NCBI GenBank assembly: GCA_963827655.1
Contig: CAWHCF010000022.1
Location: 348,967 to 412,966 of the forward strand
Origin: an uncultured Acidobacteriota bacterium
GTDB taxonomy: Bacteria > Acidobacteriota > UBA6911
DNA: 64,000 nt
Direction: 5' to 3'
A model generated the notes under the pieces. It searched no databases, was not told the DNA's origin, and saw only the letters and a list, made by a program, of their open reading frames with translations. Of this stretch, positions 19,243 through 29,364 are shown piece by piece. Made by a program: the position numbers and the translations under genes. Each line of letters opens with the position of its first letter. The first letter of the stretch is position 1.

Positions 19243-20651
19243 TGGTACTTGCTCTTGGGGAGGTCTCACTCTTGTAGGGGAATGCAGGCCCAAGCTTGCG
19301 CGCAATTCGATCCTGGATCCAGTGGCTATCCCACCACTCGACCGGATTGACCGGCAACCCTTGAAGCAGCGTCGTGAAATGAAGATGGTCGCCTCCGGCG
19401 AGACCGGTCTCGCCCGTCTGCCCCAGAACATCGCTTCGACTGACTTGCTGGCCCGGAGCGACCGCAATCGAGCTCAAATGCCCGTACAGACTCATCAAGC
19501 CGTATCCGTGGTCGATTACGACGGCGTTCCCATAAATTCCAAAATACTTGGCCAGGACCACCATGCCGTCGTTGGCGGCAGGCACTTGCGTGCGCCGCGT
19601 GACCGCAAGATCGAAACCAAGGTGATCCTGCCGATCGATTTCTTTTCCTCCGTGGAAGTACGTGCGCCGATCGGCGAACGACGACATTACCTGGGCGTTT
19701 CCCAGAGGCAAGAAAGGTTTGCTCCATAGAAACTGCGGGCGCGATTTCTTCGCCAGCTCATTCAGTTCCTCGGCATTCTTTTGCCGCAGCTCCCGGTTAA
19801 TCGCCAGATAGTTATTGAGCAGGCTCCCCCGGTCGGCCAGTTCCGTCGTGTGAGACAGGATCTCAGGAACCACCTTGGCCATAAACTCGTCGGTCACCTG
19901 AATCGTGTCGGTCTTAACCGGCTTGGGAAAAAACTTCTCGATGAATGCGACCTCTGCCTCATTCCCGGCGCCATCATCGGCCACCAGCCGGACCTTGGAA
20001 TCGTTCGAATCGTAGGGAACTGCAAAGAGCGCGAATCGATCCTGCTTCCCTCCTCCGGGCAGCGGAAAGCCCGGAAACCAGCGCCCGCCTGAGCGAACTC
20101 CGTCGCGCACGCACGACTCTCCCACTCGATAGGCGACCGCTTCGCATCCTCCCTGGGCGGCATAGGTCTGGATCGAAGTGACCTGAAGAGATGGAGGAGT
20201 GAGCCGTACCGGCAAGCTCACTTCCTGGATCACGGGAGCGGGACTCCGCCACCAGGAGCCCGCGCGCCCGGCTGTTACTCGAACGCTCGCCTGGCCGGCC
20301 TTCAAGTTGGCGATCGTATCCCTGCCAACCTCCACCGTGATCTCATCCCGCTGTGTGCGCGGCCCCCAGAAGATCAGCGGGGGGAGCGGCGTGTAGTTCT
20401 TCTCCGCCAGGCCCTCAACTCGCTGGTCCTGGACGAAATCCACCGTTGACGCGACTCAGACCCCGCTGAGGCTCCACGATTTCAATTTTTACCGGAGTTC
20501 GCTTGCCGATAGCCGGAAAGCCCGGCGTGATCTTGATTTCAGGCGCAGGCCCCGCTCGAAACGCTCCTACTCCCGCGATGACCACGAGCGCCAGGGTCAA
20601 CACCAGCAAGATGGTTCTGGGAATTCGACGCTTCTCACGGGTCATGAACAT
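19238..20651 (-). CDS. M23 family metallopeptidase with N-terminal membrane anchor, reading frame broken by an apparent 1-nt insertion near 20432
   Basis: 'HLGFDL...GDHLHF' M23 motifs. The upstream ORF 20415..20651 ('MFMTREKRRIPRTILLVLTLALVV') overlaps by 29 nt. Removing one t from 'ggatttcgtcc' joins '...SRVNGGFVQDQRVEG'. Confidence 0.8.
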
Positions 20652-20653
20652 GG

Positions 20654-21940
20654 TCAGGACCGATAGGCTTCCCTGCCGATTCCCTGAATGGGAATCCCTT
20701 GCGCTGCCAGGACCTCGTGCTGAAGCGCATACATGCAGCCTGCGGCGCGATCAATCGCCCGTGTGAAGGCGATGGAGCCTTTAAGTACCGGGAGCAGGCG
20801 AGCCTTGTCCTGGATCCGGGCCGGTGGATATTCATGCTCCACGACCAGGTGCGTCTCTTCAATCTTAAGATCGAGTAACTCACGAGCCGCCAGCTGATGA
20901 TCAAGCCAGTCGACGGACCGATTCTGCAAGTAGGCGAGCGGATCATGACGCGCGGTTCCAGGCAGTTCGTGCTCGCACAACACGACCTGCTTCAACCATG
21001 CATTCGCTTGATCCGCCGGGTTTGACGCGGGCTTGCCGTCTTTGCGATCTCCCCGAAGAACCGTCTGGCCTCCGTAGCCCCAGGCGGAAACACCTTTGGC
21101 GTTGACCACCTGTCCTTTGACGTGAAACCCTCCAATCAGGAACGGGTAGCCGCTGTCCTTGAGATACTGGAACAGAGAGCGTGTGTCCTGGCCCATCAGG
21201 ATGGCATGCGAAGGATCGTAGTGGATTCGCAAGTTGTCTCCGACTCCTGCCTTTTCAGCGATTCGATGCAGCGCAATCCACATGCCGGGCGTGTACCCAA
21301 TGTTGTTATGGTAGTTGTCCCCGGTGGTCCATCCAGGCATAGGGCACTGCTCGACCCGGTAAGTCAGTCCTCGATCCTTTGCCGCCTTCAGGAGAGGGAC
21401 GAAGCTGCCGCGAAAATCGTCGAGGTTCTGGTCCATGTCCAGGGCTTGATTGCGGCCTACGAAGCCGCAGACGGCATTCACTCCCAGCATGACCGCGGCA
21501 TCCATCGTTCGCAGCATGAATTCATGCTTCTTCTTTCGGATGGTCGGATCCTCATGCAGCATGTTGTCGAAATAGGCGACATCGGACAGGCCGATGCTGT
21601 AACGCTTCATGGCCGCGAGGACCCGGTTGGCCCGAGCCGAATTGAAGGGCTGCCGCAGATCCAGGGTATTGGCCACAGGATCGAGCATGGCCTCGGCCGG
21701 CACGTCGGACTCGGTGGGGTGGAGCGCCGCCGAGAGCTCAATGTAGTCAGCCCCAAGGTCACGCGCATACTCCAACCATTCTTCCACCGCGCGATCAGGG
21801 TCCGGATCACGAATCTCCCGGGGCGTGAGTTCCTGAAGAGCCGCCGTCAGCACGCCGATCTTCATAAACTTCGGTTCGAACTGCTTGAGTCCCGCTGGGC
21901 TCGAAACTCGTTCCTCCACTGCTTCGATATTGCTCGGCAT
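20654..21940 (-). CDS. xylose isomerase-like TIM-barrel protein (sugar phosphate isomerase/epimerase family)
   Basis: AP-endonuclease 2/xylose-isomerase-like barrel pattern. The specific function is not recognisable. Confidence 0.55.
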   Translation of the reverse strand: MPSNIEAVEERVSSPAGLKQFEPKFMKIGVLTAALQELTPREIRDPDPDRAVEEWLEYARDLGADYIELSAALHPTESDVPAEAMLDPVANTLDLRQPFNSARANRVLAAMKRYSIGLSDVAYFDNMLHEDPTIRKKKHEFMLRTMDAAVMLGVNAVCGFVGRNQALDMDQNLDDFRGSFVPLLKAAKDRGLTYRVEQCPMPGWTTGDNYHNNIGYTPGMWIALHRIAEKAGVGDNLRIHYDPSHAILMGQDTRSLFQYLKDSGYPFLIGGFHVKGQVVNAKGVSAWGYGGQTVLRGDRKDGKPASNPADQANAWLKQVVLCEHELPGTARHDPLAYLQNRSVDWLDHQLAARELLDLKIEETHLVVEHEYPPARIQDKARLLPVLKGSIAFTRAIDRAAGCMYALQHEVLAAQGIPIQGIGREAYRS

Positions 21941-22127
21941 CGTTACGACCTCCCGGTAATCTCATGTCGACATGATGGCTTAACCAAGTCCGCGCGAAAA
22001 AGTGCATGGTAGCATACTGCGGCTCGCGACCGTTAAGGGCTCGCGCAAAAATAACTTCACATTCTGGCGCGAGGGTCGGTGGTCAATCATGAACCGGTTT
22101 CTGTTTGCTAGGCATGCTGAGGATCGC

Positions 22128-22240
22128 GCCCCTTCGGGCTGCGGCCCGCAGGCCCGCTGGCTTTGTTGCTCGCTCCTCACGTACCGCACCGGGTACGCAT
22201 CGTCGCTCGCGCCTCGCCAGCGGGCCTGGGGGCCTGCAGC
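22128..22240. repeat. GC-rich inverted repeat upstream of the TA module
   Basis: gctgcggcccgcaggcccgctggc ... gccagcgggcctgggggcctgcagc. Confidence 0.45.
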
Positions 22241-22378
22241 AGAATGCGAACTTATTTCTGCGCGAACCCTAAGATCCTTCGCATTTCTCAACCTCTTCGT
22301 GCTTCCCGGTCGGCGCTGCGGCGAACATACACCGCCAAGATACAAACAAACGCCATGAAGGCGGCGCCCGAAACGTTC

Positions 22379-22407
22379 TTGAACTCTGTTGACCATGGTC
22401 ATATATT
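22379..22407 (+). promoter_or_regulatory. putative sigma70-type promoter of the TA operon, with a perfect 12-bp palindromic operator in the spacer
   Basis: TTGAAC (22379-84), a 17-nt spacer containing tgaccatggtca (22390-22401), then TATATT (22402-07). ATG at 22415. Confidence 0.4.
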
Positions 22408-22414
22408 TATAACC

Positions 22415-22693
22415 ATGAAAAGCCCCAGGCGGAAACGGAACCGCCTTAGACGGCCAACAAAAACCGTGCACATTCCGGCGGGTGAGTTCAAAGCGCGTTG
22501 CCTGGCCCTGATGGACCGCGTCCGGGACGGCCGCGAACAGTACATCATCACCAAACATGGGAAGGCGGTGGCCAGGTTAGTTCCCATAGAGGACGAGCCG
22601 GCAGACATCTTCGGCTACATGAGGGACACCGTGATCAACTACACCGACGTGATCACGCCTCTGGACGAAGTTTGGGAGGCCGAGAAGGGTTAG
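22415..22693 (+). CDS. Phd/YefM family type II antitoxin
   Basis: '...EFKARCLALMDRVRDGREQYIITKHGKAVARLVPIED' is a typical Phd/YefM fold. The stop overlaps the downstream PIN gene. Confidence 0.8.
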   Translation: MKSPRRKRNRLRRPTKTVHIPAGEFKARCLALMDRVRDGREQYIITKHGKAVARLVPIEDEPADIFGYMRDTVINYTDVITPLDEVWEAEKG

Positions 22694-22697
22694 CGCC

Positions 22698-23123
22698 GTG
22701 CCGGATCTCTTGCTCCTGGATACGCACATCTGGATCTGGTTGTTCGAAGGGGTGGAACGAGAAATCCCGCGTCGGATCAAGCAGACTCTGCGCAGCGCGA
22801 GCATGGAATCGGCCCTGGTGGTTTCGGCGATGTCAGTTTGGGAACTTGGCATGCTGGAAGTAAGGGGCCGCGTCAGGCTGTCAATGGATTGCCGCGTCTG
22901 GGTACAACGGGCGTTAGGAGCGCCGGGGTTGCGGTTCCAGGGCCTCACACCCGCAATTGCCATTGAAAGCACTCGACTCCCGGGAGTGGTCCATGGCGAC
23001 CCGGTCGATCGGATTCTGATAGCGACCGCGCGGCTGATCGGCGCTGTACTGGTGACTCGGGATCATCGAATTCTGGACTACGCTGAAACAGGTCAGGTTC
23101 GCGCTCTCAGCGCCGCGCCTTGA
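22698..23123 (+). CDS. vapC: VapC-type PIN-domain toxin
   Basis: 'LLLDTHIWIW' (N-terminal Asp), 'VTRDHRI' and the PIN acidic residues. GTG start 4 nt after the antitoxin stop. Confidence 0.8.
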   Translation: MPDLLLLDTHIWIWLFEGVEREIPRRIKQTLRSASMESALVVSAMSVWELGMLEVRGRVRLSMDCRVWVQRALGAPGLRFQGLTPAIAIESTRLPGVVHGDPVDRILIATARLIGAVLVTRDHRILDYAETGQVRALSAAP

Positions 23124-23214
23124 GATCGATGATGCAGCGAACATGTCCCATGGTGCCGGGGCCGGGTCGAGCCGAGTCTTGAATCCATGAAGCCGCGTAA
23201 AGGATAATTCGAGT

Positions 23215-24231
23215 ATGCCCTTAATCGACCAATACCATCGCCCGGTCAAGGATCTCCGCATATCCGTCACCGACCGGTGTAACTACCGCTGCGCGTACTG
23301 CATGCCTTTAGATGAGTACACCTGGATCGAGAAAGATGAGGTGCTCACGTTTGAAGAGATCACCCGGCTGGCAACCCTGTTCATCCAGATGGGAGTCGAA
23401 AAGATCCGACTGACCGGCGGCGAGCCGCTGGTCCGCCGCGATCTGGAGAAACTGATCGCGACGCTGTCACCTCTGTCCGGTCTGAAAGACTTGAGTCTTA
23501 CGACCAACGGCTCGCTTCTGGCTGAAAAAGCGGCCGCGCTTCGCGCCGCAGGATTGCGCCGGATCAACGTCAGCCTGGACACACTCAATCCCGAAAGGTT
23601 CAGGCAGATCACCAAGCGCGGCGATCTGGAAAAGGTCCTGGCCGGCATCTTCGCGGCGCACGGCGCCGGGCTCAATCCGGTCAAAATCAACGCCGTGATT
23701 GTTCGCGGCCTGAACGACGATGAAATCGTCCCTCTGATTGAATTCTGCAGAACCAACGGGTTTTCGATGCGTTTCATCGAATACATGGACGTGGGCAATG
23801 CCAATTCCTGGAGCCTGGAGAAGACCGTTACCAAACAGGAAATTCTTCAGACCATCAACCAGCACTTCCCGCTTCGAGAGGTCGGAAGAATGGATGGCCG
23901 CGCTCCAGCCATCGATTATCAATTCCTCGATGGAACCGGCGACATCGGCATCATCGGCTCGGTCACCGAGCCGTTCTGCGCCACCTGTACTCGCGCGCGT
24001 CTCACCGCCGACGGCAAGCTCGTCACCTGTCTCTTCGCCCAGGAGGGACGTGACCTGAAATCACTCATGCGCCGCGGCGCCACCGATCAGGAGATCTGCC
24101 AGGTCATTCGCAGCACCTGGACCGTGCGGAAGGATCGGTACTCGGACGAGAGGTGGGAGAGCCTTCGCTCGGGCGCGGGGTATCAACCAAAAGACCATCG
24201 TAAGATCGAGATGATCACGCTGGGAGGTTAG
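23215..24231 (+). CDS. moaA: GTP 3',8-cyclase (molybdenum cofactor biosynthesis protein A)
   Basis: Radical-SAM 'CNYRCAYCMP', plus the C-terminal 'CATCTRARLTADGKLVTCLF' second cluster. Confidence 0.92.
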   Translation: MPLIDQYHRPVKDLRISVTDRCNYRCAYCMPLDEYTWIEKDEVLTFEEITRLATLFIQMGVEKIRLTGGEPLVRRDLEKLIATLSPLSGLKDLSLTTNGSLLAEKAAALRAAGLRRINVSLDTLNPERFRQITKRGDLEKVLAGIFAAHGAGLNPVKINAVIVRGLNDDEIVPLIEFCRTNGFSMRFIEYMDVGNANSWSLEKTVTKQEILQTINQHFPLREVGRMDGRAPAIDYQFLDGTGDIGIIGSVTEPFCATCTRARLTADGKLVTCLFAQEGRDLKSLMRRGATDQEICQVIRSTWTVRKDRYSDERWESLRSGAGYQPKDHRKIEMITLGG

Positions 24232-24237
24232 TCTCGC

Positions 24238-24300
24238 TCTCAGGATTTAGGATTCATGATTCGGCACGACGTCTCGATCCTGAATCCTAGATCCTGAAGA
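24238..24300. repeat. AGGATTC-unit palindrome after moaA (terminator-like). Related to the element at 3651.
   Basis: caggatttaggattcatgattcg-gcacgacgtct-cgatcctgaatcctagatcctg. Shares 'gaatcctagatcctg' with 3651-3745. Confidence 0.6.
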
Positions 24301-24497
24301 AACGCTTGCCTTCCCGGAAGTACTGAGTATGATTGACCGCGCTTTATCTGCCGAAGAATAAGTTGCCCTCCCCCGAAGTCCCGGAGCGCCCCTGAGGGTG
24401 GTCGCCCGCGGACGCAGCCCAAATTCCGAATTCGGTTTCCGGGTCCATCAGTAAGAACGTTACCGACACCAGCAGCGAACCCGAAAGGACGGTTCCG

Positions 24498-24815
24498 ATG
24501 AACATCATCGGCGTCAGGAAGTACGAAGCGGATCCCCGCGAGCAAATCACCTTCAGCTTCCGGCGCAGTCGCCCCAACCTTCCGGTCTCTCTATCGGTCG
24601 ACGGCGGGGAGTTCCTCCCGATGGTCAACGAATTCGCCCTTCAAGTGCCGGCCGACAAAGGGACTCAGCGCAGGGTGGTGATCATGATCGTGGGCGAAGA
24701 CAACGACCTCTGCAACCTGACCATCAGCGGCGAGAACGGGCCGCCGGATCAGGATGCGCTGGTTGTCATGAATACCCCGGTTTGCTCCGCCCGCTACCGG
24801 TTCACGGTCCTCTAG
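24498..24815 (+). CDS. hypothetical protein
   Basis: ORF only. Confidence 0.3.
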   Translation: MNIIGVRKYEADPREQITFSFRRSRPNLPVSLSVDGGEFLPMVNEFALQVPADKGTQRRVVIMIVGEDNDLCNLTISGENGPPDQDALVVMNTPVCSARYRFTVL

Positions 24816-24837
24816 CAAGCGTACCCCAGACAAGGAG

Positions 24838-26465
24838 ATGAGGTTAATGGGCCACATTAAAAGGATGATCGCTGCCCTGATGTGGTTTGCCGCCGGCGGT
24901 GCTACGCTGCACGGTCAATCAGTCGGCGAGGCACAGGACCGTGTAGTGGGACGGCTGGAGGCCATCATCCGCGCGAAGGCTCAGAATCCAGCCTTGCTGA
25001 AGGATGTGTATTCAAAAACCCTCGACATCAGCGGCGACTTGCCTTCGACGATGGCCATGTGGCTATTCCTCGAGCAGCACCAGGACGCGATTGAAGCCAG
25101 CAACCCCCTGCTGCTGGCGCTGCAGCAAGAGCGCATCGATCAGCAGGTCGGGAGCGGCTCCACCAACAATGGCACCACGTCACTCGCGGTTAAGGGCGGC
25201 GCCCCTGCAGTGCTCGGTCTCGCTTTCGAAAGGGGAGGGATCGCGCGCGAGTTTGATGGAAGCACGGCGACGTTTCGGGGAAATCCCCACGGCCTCATTC
25301 AGGCGATTGGCGGCAACGACATGGCCGAGATACACCGGGACCTCTCGGACAACCCCACATTGACAGCCGTGGACAAGTTCTCTTTCGGTGTTTCCTTCGA
25401 CACCAGCGACGAAGACGACCCGGATATGCCCGCTGCCGACCCGAACCGGTTGTCCTCCTACTCCTTCCGCTACGAGGTCATCAACCGACGCAATCCGCGC
25501 GACCGTCGCTACGACAAGGCGTGGTTGAACCTCGTCGTCGACAGCGCGCAACAGCTGGTAAGCCGGGAAGAGGAGCTGCGTACCCTGATCGAAGAGCTGA
25601 CGGAGCCGGGCCGCGACGAGGCCGGGAATCCGATCATCCCGTGGCCGGAGTTGAAGGCCTGGCTGGACAACCTGGGCACGCTAATGGAGAGTTACGACGA
25701 CCGGGGCGTCTCCGATTCTGTGCTCGAGAGCTTTCACAAGGAAATGCTTTCCGAGCTGCAGAAGCTCAGTGCCCTGGCCGGCCCGGGCGGTCCGGGCACC
25801 AGGATCGGGGCGGCTAAAAAGAAGGACTTCGACAGCACGGTTGCAGAGATGGTCGCGGCCTTGAATAAAGTGATCATCGATCGCGACAGCGTCCGCGCGC
25901 TGGCGCGCCGCGGGCCGCTGGTTACGCTCGAGTTCAGCAACTCGCGCGATCCGCAACTGCCCGACCTGTACAACTTTCTCCTGATCGCCGAATCGAATAT
26001 AGGGACGCGCGCGGACCTCATTGCCAATGCGGCCTTCAGTCTTTTCCGCACAGACCCGAGGCTACCTGCAAGCTCGAGCCGCTGGCGCGACGTCCACGTT
26101 GCGGGCCAACTGGACGTCGCCCTGGCGGATGTTCAGAGGATCGGCAACTTCATCCTTAGTCTTGCCGGGCGCTGGGAGTATATTCCCGAAGACACCTATA
26201 CGCCGGGCAGCCTTGACCTGCTTGCGCGCGACAGCATCCTTGCCTCCTCGGACCGCCGGTGACCGATTCGATGGGCCTGCTGGTCACGCCCAAAGGCAAC
26301 GTCGGCATTTTCCAAGCGAAGCTGACCATTTCGATTAAAAATTTCGGCATGCAGATTCCAATCTCCTTCAGCGTCTCCAACCGTACCGAGCTGATCAAAG
26401 AGAAGGATGTGCAGGCGCACTTCGGCATCACGTTCAATCTGGATACGTTCTTGTCTAAACCGTGA
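24838..26465 (+). CDS. hypothetical secreted protein; the 24838..26262 and 26259..26465 ORFs are probably one gene split by a frameshift
   Basis: N-terminal signal peptide 'MIAALMWFAAGGATLHG'. The downstream 68-aa ORF starts 3 nt before the stop, and its frame is open from 26217. Confidence 0.4.
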
Positions 26466-26540
26466 ACCGATGGCTACGCCGGCTCTGTCCGATCGAATGA
26501 TGTTCGTCAGGGGAACTCGTCATGTCTTCGCGATCGGCCG

Positions 26541-26587
26541 TTAGCGGTTGCATAACCACAAAGACACCAAGACGCAAAGAACACCAG
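26541..26587. repeat. repeat family A, half copy (right-arm type)
   Basis: ...cataaccacaaagacaccaagacgcaaagaacaccagg. Confidence 0.7.
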
Positions 26588-26588
26588 G

Positions 26589-27143
26589 CTAGTTGTGACA
26601 AAGCTTGCAGGCTTTCTCCCGGGGAAACATCAGATGAAACTTCTCGGTCGAACCGTGAGCGTTATGACACTGGCCGCAAACCTCGAGGACTTCGGGCGTG
26701 TGAGAATGCGTCTTGGCGAACGCGGCTTCTTTATGACAATCGAAACAACCGCCTTTGAAGGTAAACCGGCCCCGCCGGCTCATGGCGTGACATTGCGTGC
26801 ATTCGACCTGAACGGGCGGGTGTAACTGGAACGGCTTGAAGTCCGCCGGGGGATTGGGTCCCGCGAAGAAGCGGATCTGCTGGCGGCCTCCCTCCCAGCT
26901 CAGTGCCAGGGTATGAACCCCTGGTGAAAGATTGACCTTTGTCTGCAAGACGCCGGGGGCCGACTCTTCGGCCGCGAGCGGCTTCCCGTCGATTTCGAGC
27001 TTGCCCGCCGGAGCCGTGGCTATGATACTCGTTTCTCCCGAAGGGAGCGCGGCCCCATCGGTCGGTCGCAGAATTCGTCCTTCAGTTTGAGCATGCGCCG
27101 CTGCGAGGCACAGCAGCACCGTGAACCAGATACGCTTCGTCAT
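26589..27143 (-). CDS. secreted tetrahaem cytochrome c
   Basis: CTQCH, CFDCH, CGQCH, CKLCH. Signal peptide 'MTKRIWFTVLLCLAAAHA'. Confidence 0.75.
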   Translation of the reverse strand: MTKRIWFTVLLCLAAAHAQTEGRILRPTDGAALPSGETSIIATAPAGKLEIDGKPLAAEESAPGVLQTKVNLSPGVHTLALSWEGGRQQIRFFAGPNPPADFKPFQLHPPVQVECTQCHAMSRRGRFTFKGGCFDCHKEAAFAKTHSHTPEVLEVCGQCHNAHGSTEKFHLMFPREKACKLCHN

Positions 27144-27907
27144 AGATGGATGCGGCAGACGTAGCCTGCGAACTTGCTGTCGTTACTCTTGCCGGACGGC
27201 GCAATGCCAGCGTCGCAGTAGTAAATGCTTCCGCGCTCCCAGGTCAAGCCGTGCGGGTCCGGGTCTTCTTTGCTGAGCTGCACGGCCTCCAGAATACGGC
27301 CATCTTTGGGATCGAGCCTGTGGATCACCAGGTCGTTCGAGAACAGGCACCAGATTGATTTGCCATCCCACCCCAGGCCGTGAGCGCGGGTCAGCGTAAC
27401 CGGAATGCTGTGGAGTTCCTTGAAGTTCACATCAACCTGGATCAGTTTCTGAAGCTTGAGCGCCGTTATCCACAGCGAGTTCGCTACCCAGATCAGACCG
27501 TGAACACCGCCCCCTCCGGGGATCGGATAACGCGCAACGGTCTTGCCGCTTGTGGCGTCGATCTTGACGACCTCGCCGCTGGTAGCGTCGCGCGGACGAG
27601 CCGGCCGGTTACGGGCCGGACCGTTGGCCGCCATCCACAGGAATCCGCCGCCATAAGCGATGCCGCTGGTGTTGGACGATTCGGTCTCGACCTTGCGCAA
27701 CACTTTCCCCGTCTTCCAGTCGAGCAGGTACGCGACGTCGCTGACCTGTTCGGCAACCCAGAGTCCCTCCTCGGTTGATTCGAGACCATTTGGATTCCCA
27801 TCGGGCGATTTGAACAAAGGTTCGATTTTGCCCTTGCGCACGGGGTGGTTGGTTCCGGCAAAGGCGCTCGCCGTAAATCCCAGCAGTAGTTCTCTTCGAG
27901 TAAGCAT
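27140..27907 (-). CDS. Tat-signal beta-propeller protein (possible glutamine cyclotransferase-like)
   Basis: Start chosen at 'MLTRRELLLGFTASAFAG' (twin-arginine). The longer ORF N-terminus is a read-through of the repeat at 27928-27975. Confidence 0.5.
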   Translation of the reverse strand: MLTRRELLLGFTASAFAGTNHPVRKGKIEPLFKSPDGNPNGLESTEEGLWVAEQVSDVAYLLDWKTGKVLRKVETESSNTSGIAYGGGFLWMAANGPARNRPARPRDATSGEVVKIDATSGKTVARYPIPGGGGVHGLIWVANSLWITALKLQKLIQVDVNFKELHSIPVTLTRAHGLGWDGKSIWCLFSNDLVIHRLDPKDGRILEAVQLSKEDPDPHGLTWERGSIYYCDAGIAPSGKSNDSKFAGYVCRIHL

Positions 27908-27927
27908 TACAGCCCCCTTCGGCAAAG

Positions 27928-27975
27928 ATTTTGGTGTTTCTTCGTGTCTTTGTTCCTTGGTGGTATTGTTTTCGC
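27928..27975. repeat. repeat family A, half copy (left-arm type)
   Basis: ttttggtgtttcttcgtgtctttgttccttggtggtattg. Confidence 0.75.
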
Positions 27976-29109
27976 CTATTTTCGAATCCTCACCAGGCTG
28001 CGGTTGATGTCGGAGATCCTGGCGACACCGGCCAGTCCCATGTCGAGGGCAAGTTCGGTCCGGAGCAGTTCCAATACCCGGGACACTCCACGCTGTCCGA
28101 ATGACGCAAGTCCCCAGAGGTAAGGCCGGCCGATCCCGACCGCCGTCGCCCCCAGCGCGAGCGCTTTCAGGATATCGGTGCCGCGCCGAAACCCGCCGTC
28201 GATCAGCAGCGGCATTTTCCCGCCCGCAGCCTCGACGCACTCCGGTAGAGCTTCAATCGTAGCCCCGACATGGTCGAGCTGTCGAGCGCCATGGTTCGAA
28301 ACCACGGCCGCCGAGACACCGGTCTTCACGCATTTCTCGGTGTCTTCCGCGGTGAGAATTCCTTTGATGATGATGGGCAACTTCGTCACGTCCCGAAGTT
28401 GCTGGATGGCTTCCCAGGTCGGGGTCGGAAAAGGACGCGACGGGTACTCGCCGGCCTGCCATGGCCTGTCGGTCGGCTTGAAGATCAAGTTGCCTTGAGC
28501 GTCGCGAGGAACGCCCTCCATCTCGCACCAAACGCGAATAAACCGGTTCCGCATGCTGCGCTCCCGGTGCGACACGTGCATGTTGTCGACCGTGAAGCAG
28601 ATCCCCCCGCAGCCCATGTCTTCCAGCTTTTCCACGAAATCGACCATCATGCTCTTGGTGCGCAGTTGCCCGCCGAGGGTATACTGCCACCAGGTCTTCG
28701 GACCCTTGCCCGAGGCGAGAAACTTGTCGATGCCGCCGTTCGTCACCATGACCGCATTCGACGCCGCCGCCGCCGCCGCCGTTTCCTGCTCGCCGTTGCG
28801 GAAGAAACAGTTCTTACCCCCCGCGGGACAAATGAATATCGGATACTCCAGCTTGTTGCCCAGCAACGTGGTCGACAGATCGATCTTGTGCACATCGGTC
28901 AGGAACCGGGGTCTCAGGATGATGCGATTGAAAGCTTCACGATTGTCTCGCAACGAGACCTCGTCCTCGGCTCCCTCGGACATGTAATCCCATGCGACCT
29001 TGTCGACCTTGGCCTGCGCCAGCTTTTCAAAATCAAAGACATTGATGGGGTGGAGCAGTGGATCCTCGGTCTTGATCAGATCCTGCCCCATGAGTAACGG
29101 GGACGCCAA
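27976..29109 (-). CDS. FMN-dependent alpha-hydroxy acid dehydrogenase/oxidase (L-lactate/glycolate oxidase family)
   Basis: FMN_dh family pattern. C-terminal 'PLLIDGGFRRGTDILKALALGATAVGIGRP'. Confidence 0.85.
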   Translation of the reverse strand: MASPLLMGQDLIKTEDPLLHPINVFDFEKLAQAKVDKVAWDYMSEGAEDEVSLRDNREAFNRIILRPRFLTDVHKIDLSTTLLGNKLEYPIFICPAGGKNCFFRNGEQETAAAAAASNAVMVTNGGIDKFLASGKGPKTWWQYTLGGQLRTKSMMVDFVEKLEDMGCGGICFTVDNMHVSHRERSMRNRFIRVWCEMEGVPRDAQGNLIFKPTDRPWQAGEYPSRPFPTPTWEAIQQLRDVTKLPIIIKGILTAEDTEKCVKTGVSAAVVSNHGARQLDHVGATIEALPECVEAAGGKMPLLIDGGFRRGTDILKALALGATAVGIGRPYLWGLASFGQRGVSRVLELLRTELALDMGLAGVARISDINRSLVRIRK

Positions 29110-29148
29110 CGCGAACTGCGCCAGCTTGAGCAGTGCCTGGCGCCGACT

Positions 29149-29224
29149 GACGATTGACGATTGACGATTTACGATTGACGATTGATTCGATTTACGATTG
29201 ACGATTGACGATTGACGATTGAAC
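29149..29224. repeat. GATTGAC heptamer tandem array (about 10 units, ACGATTG phase)
   Basis: gacgattgacgattgacgatttacgattgacgattgattcgatttacgattgacgattgacgattgacgattgaa. Confidence 0.9.
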
Positions 29225-29364
29225 GGCTCTGGTAATGCCGGATGTCGATTGACATCGGCGAACTCACTCTCAGCTCAATTCAAGAATGACAGGTATTCGA
29301 TCAACTCCGTCACAACGTTGGTTTCACAAAACTCAAGCGCTCTGCATCTACCGCTTATCGCTTT

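Noticed and set aside
22163-22414. N-terminal extension of the antitoxin ORF (176-aa version)
   Set aside because: The extension reads through the promoter/operator palindrome and is Arg/Ala-rich. The canonical about 92-aa Phd/YefM starts at the ATG at 22415.
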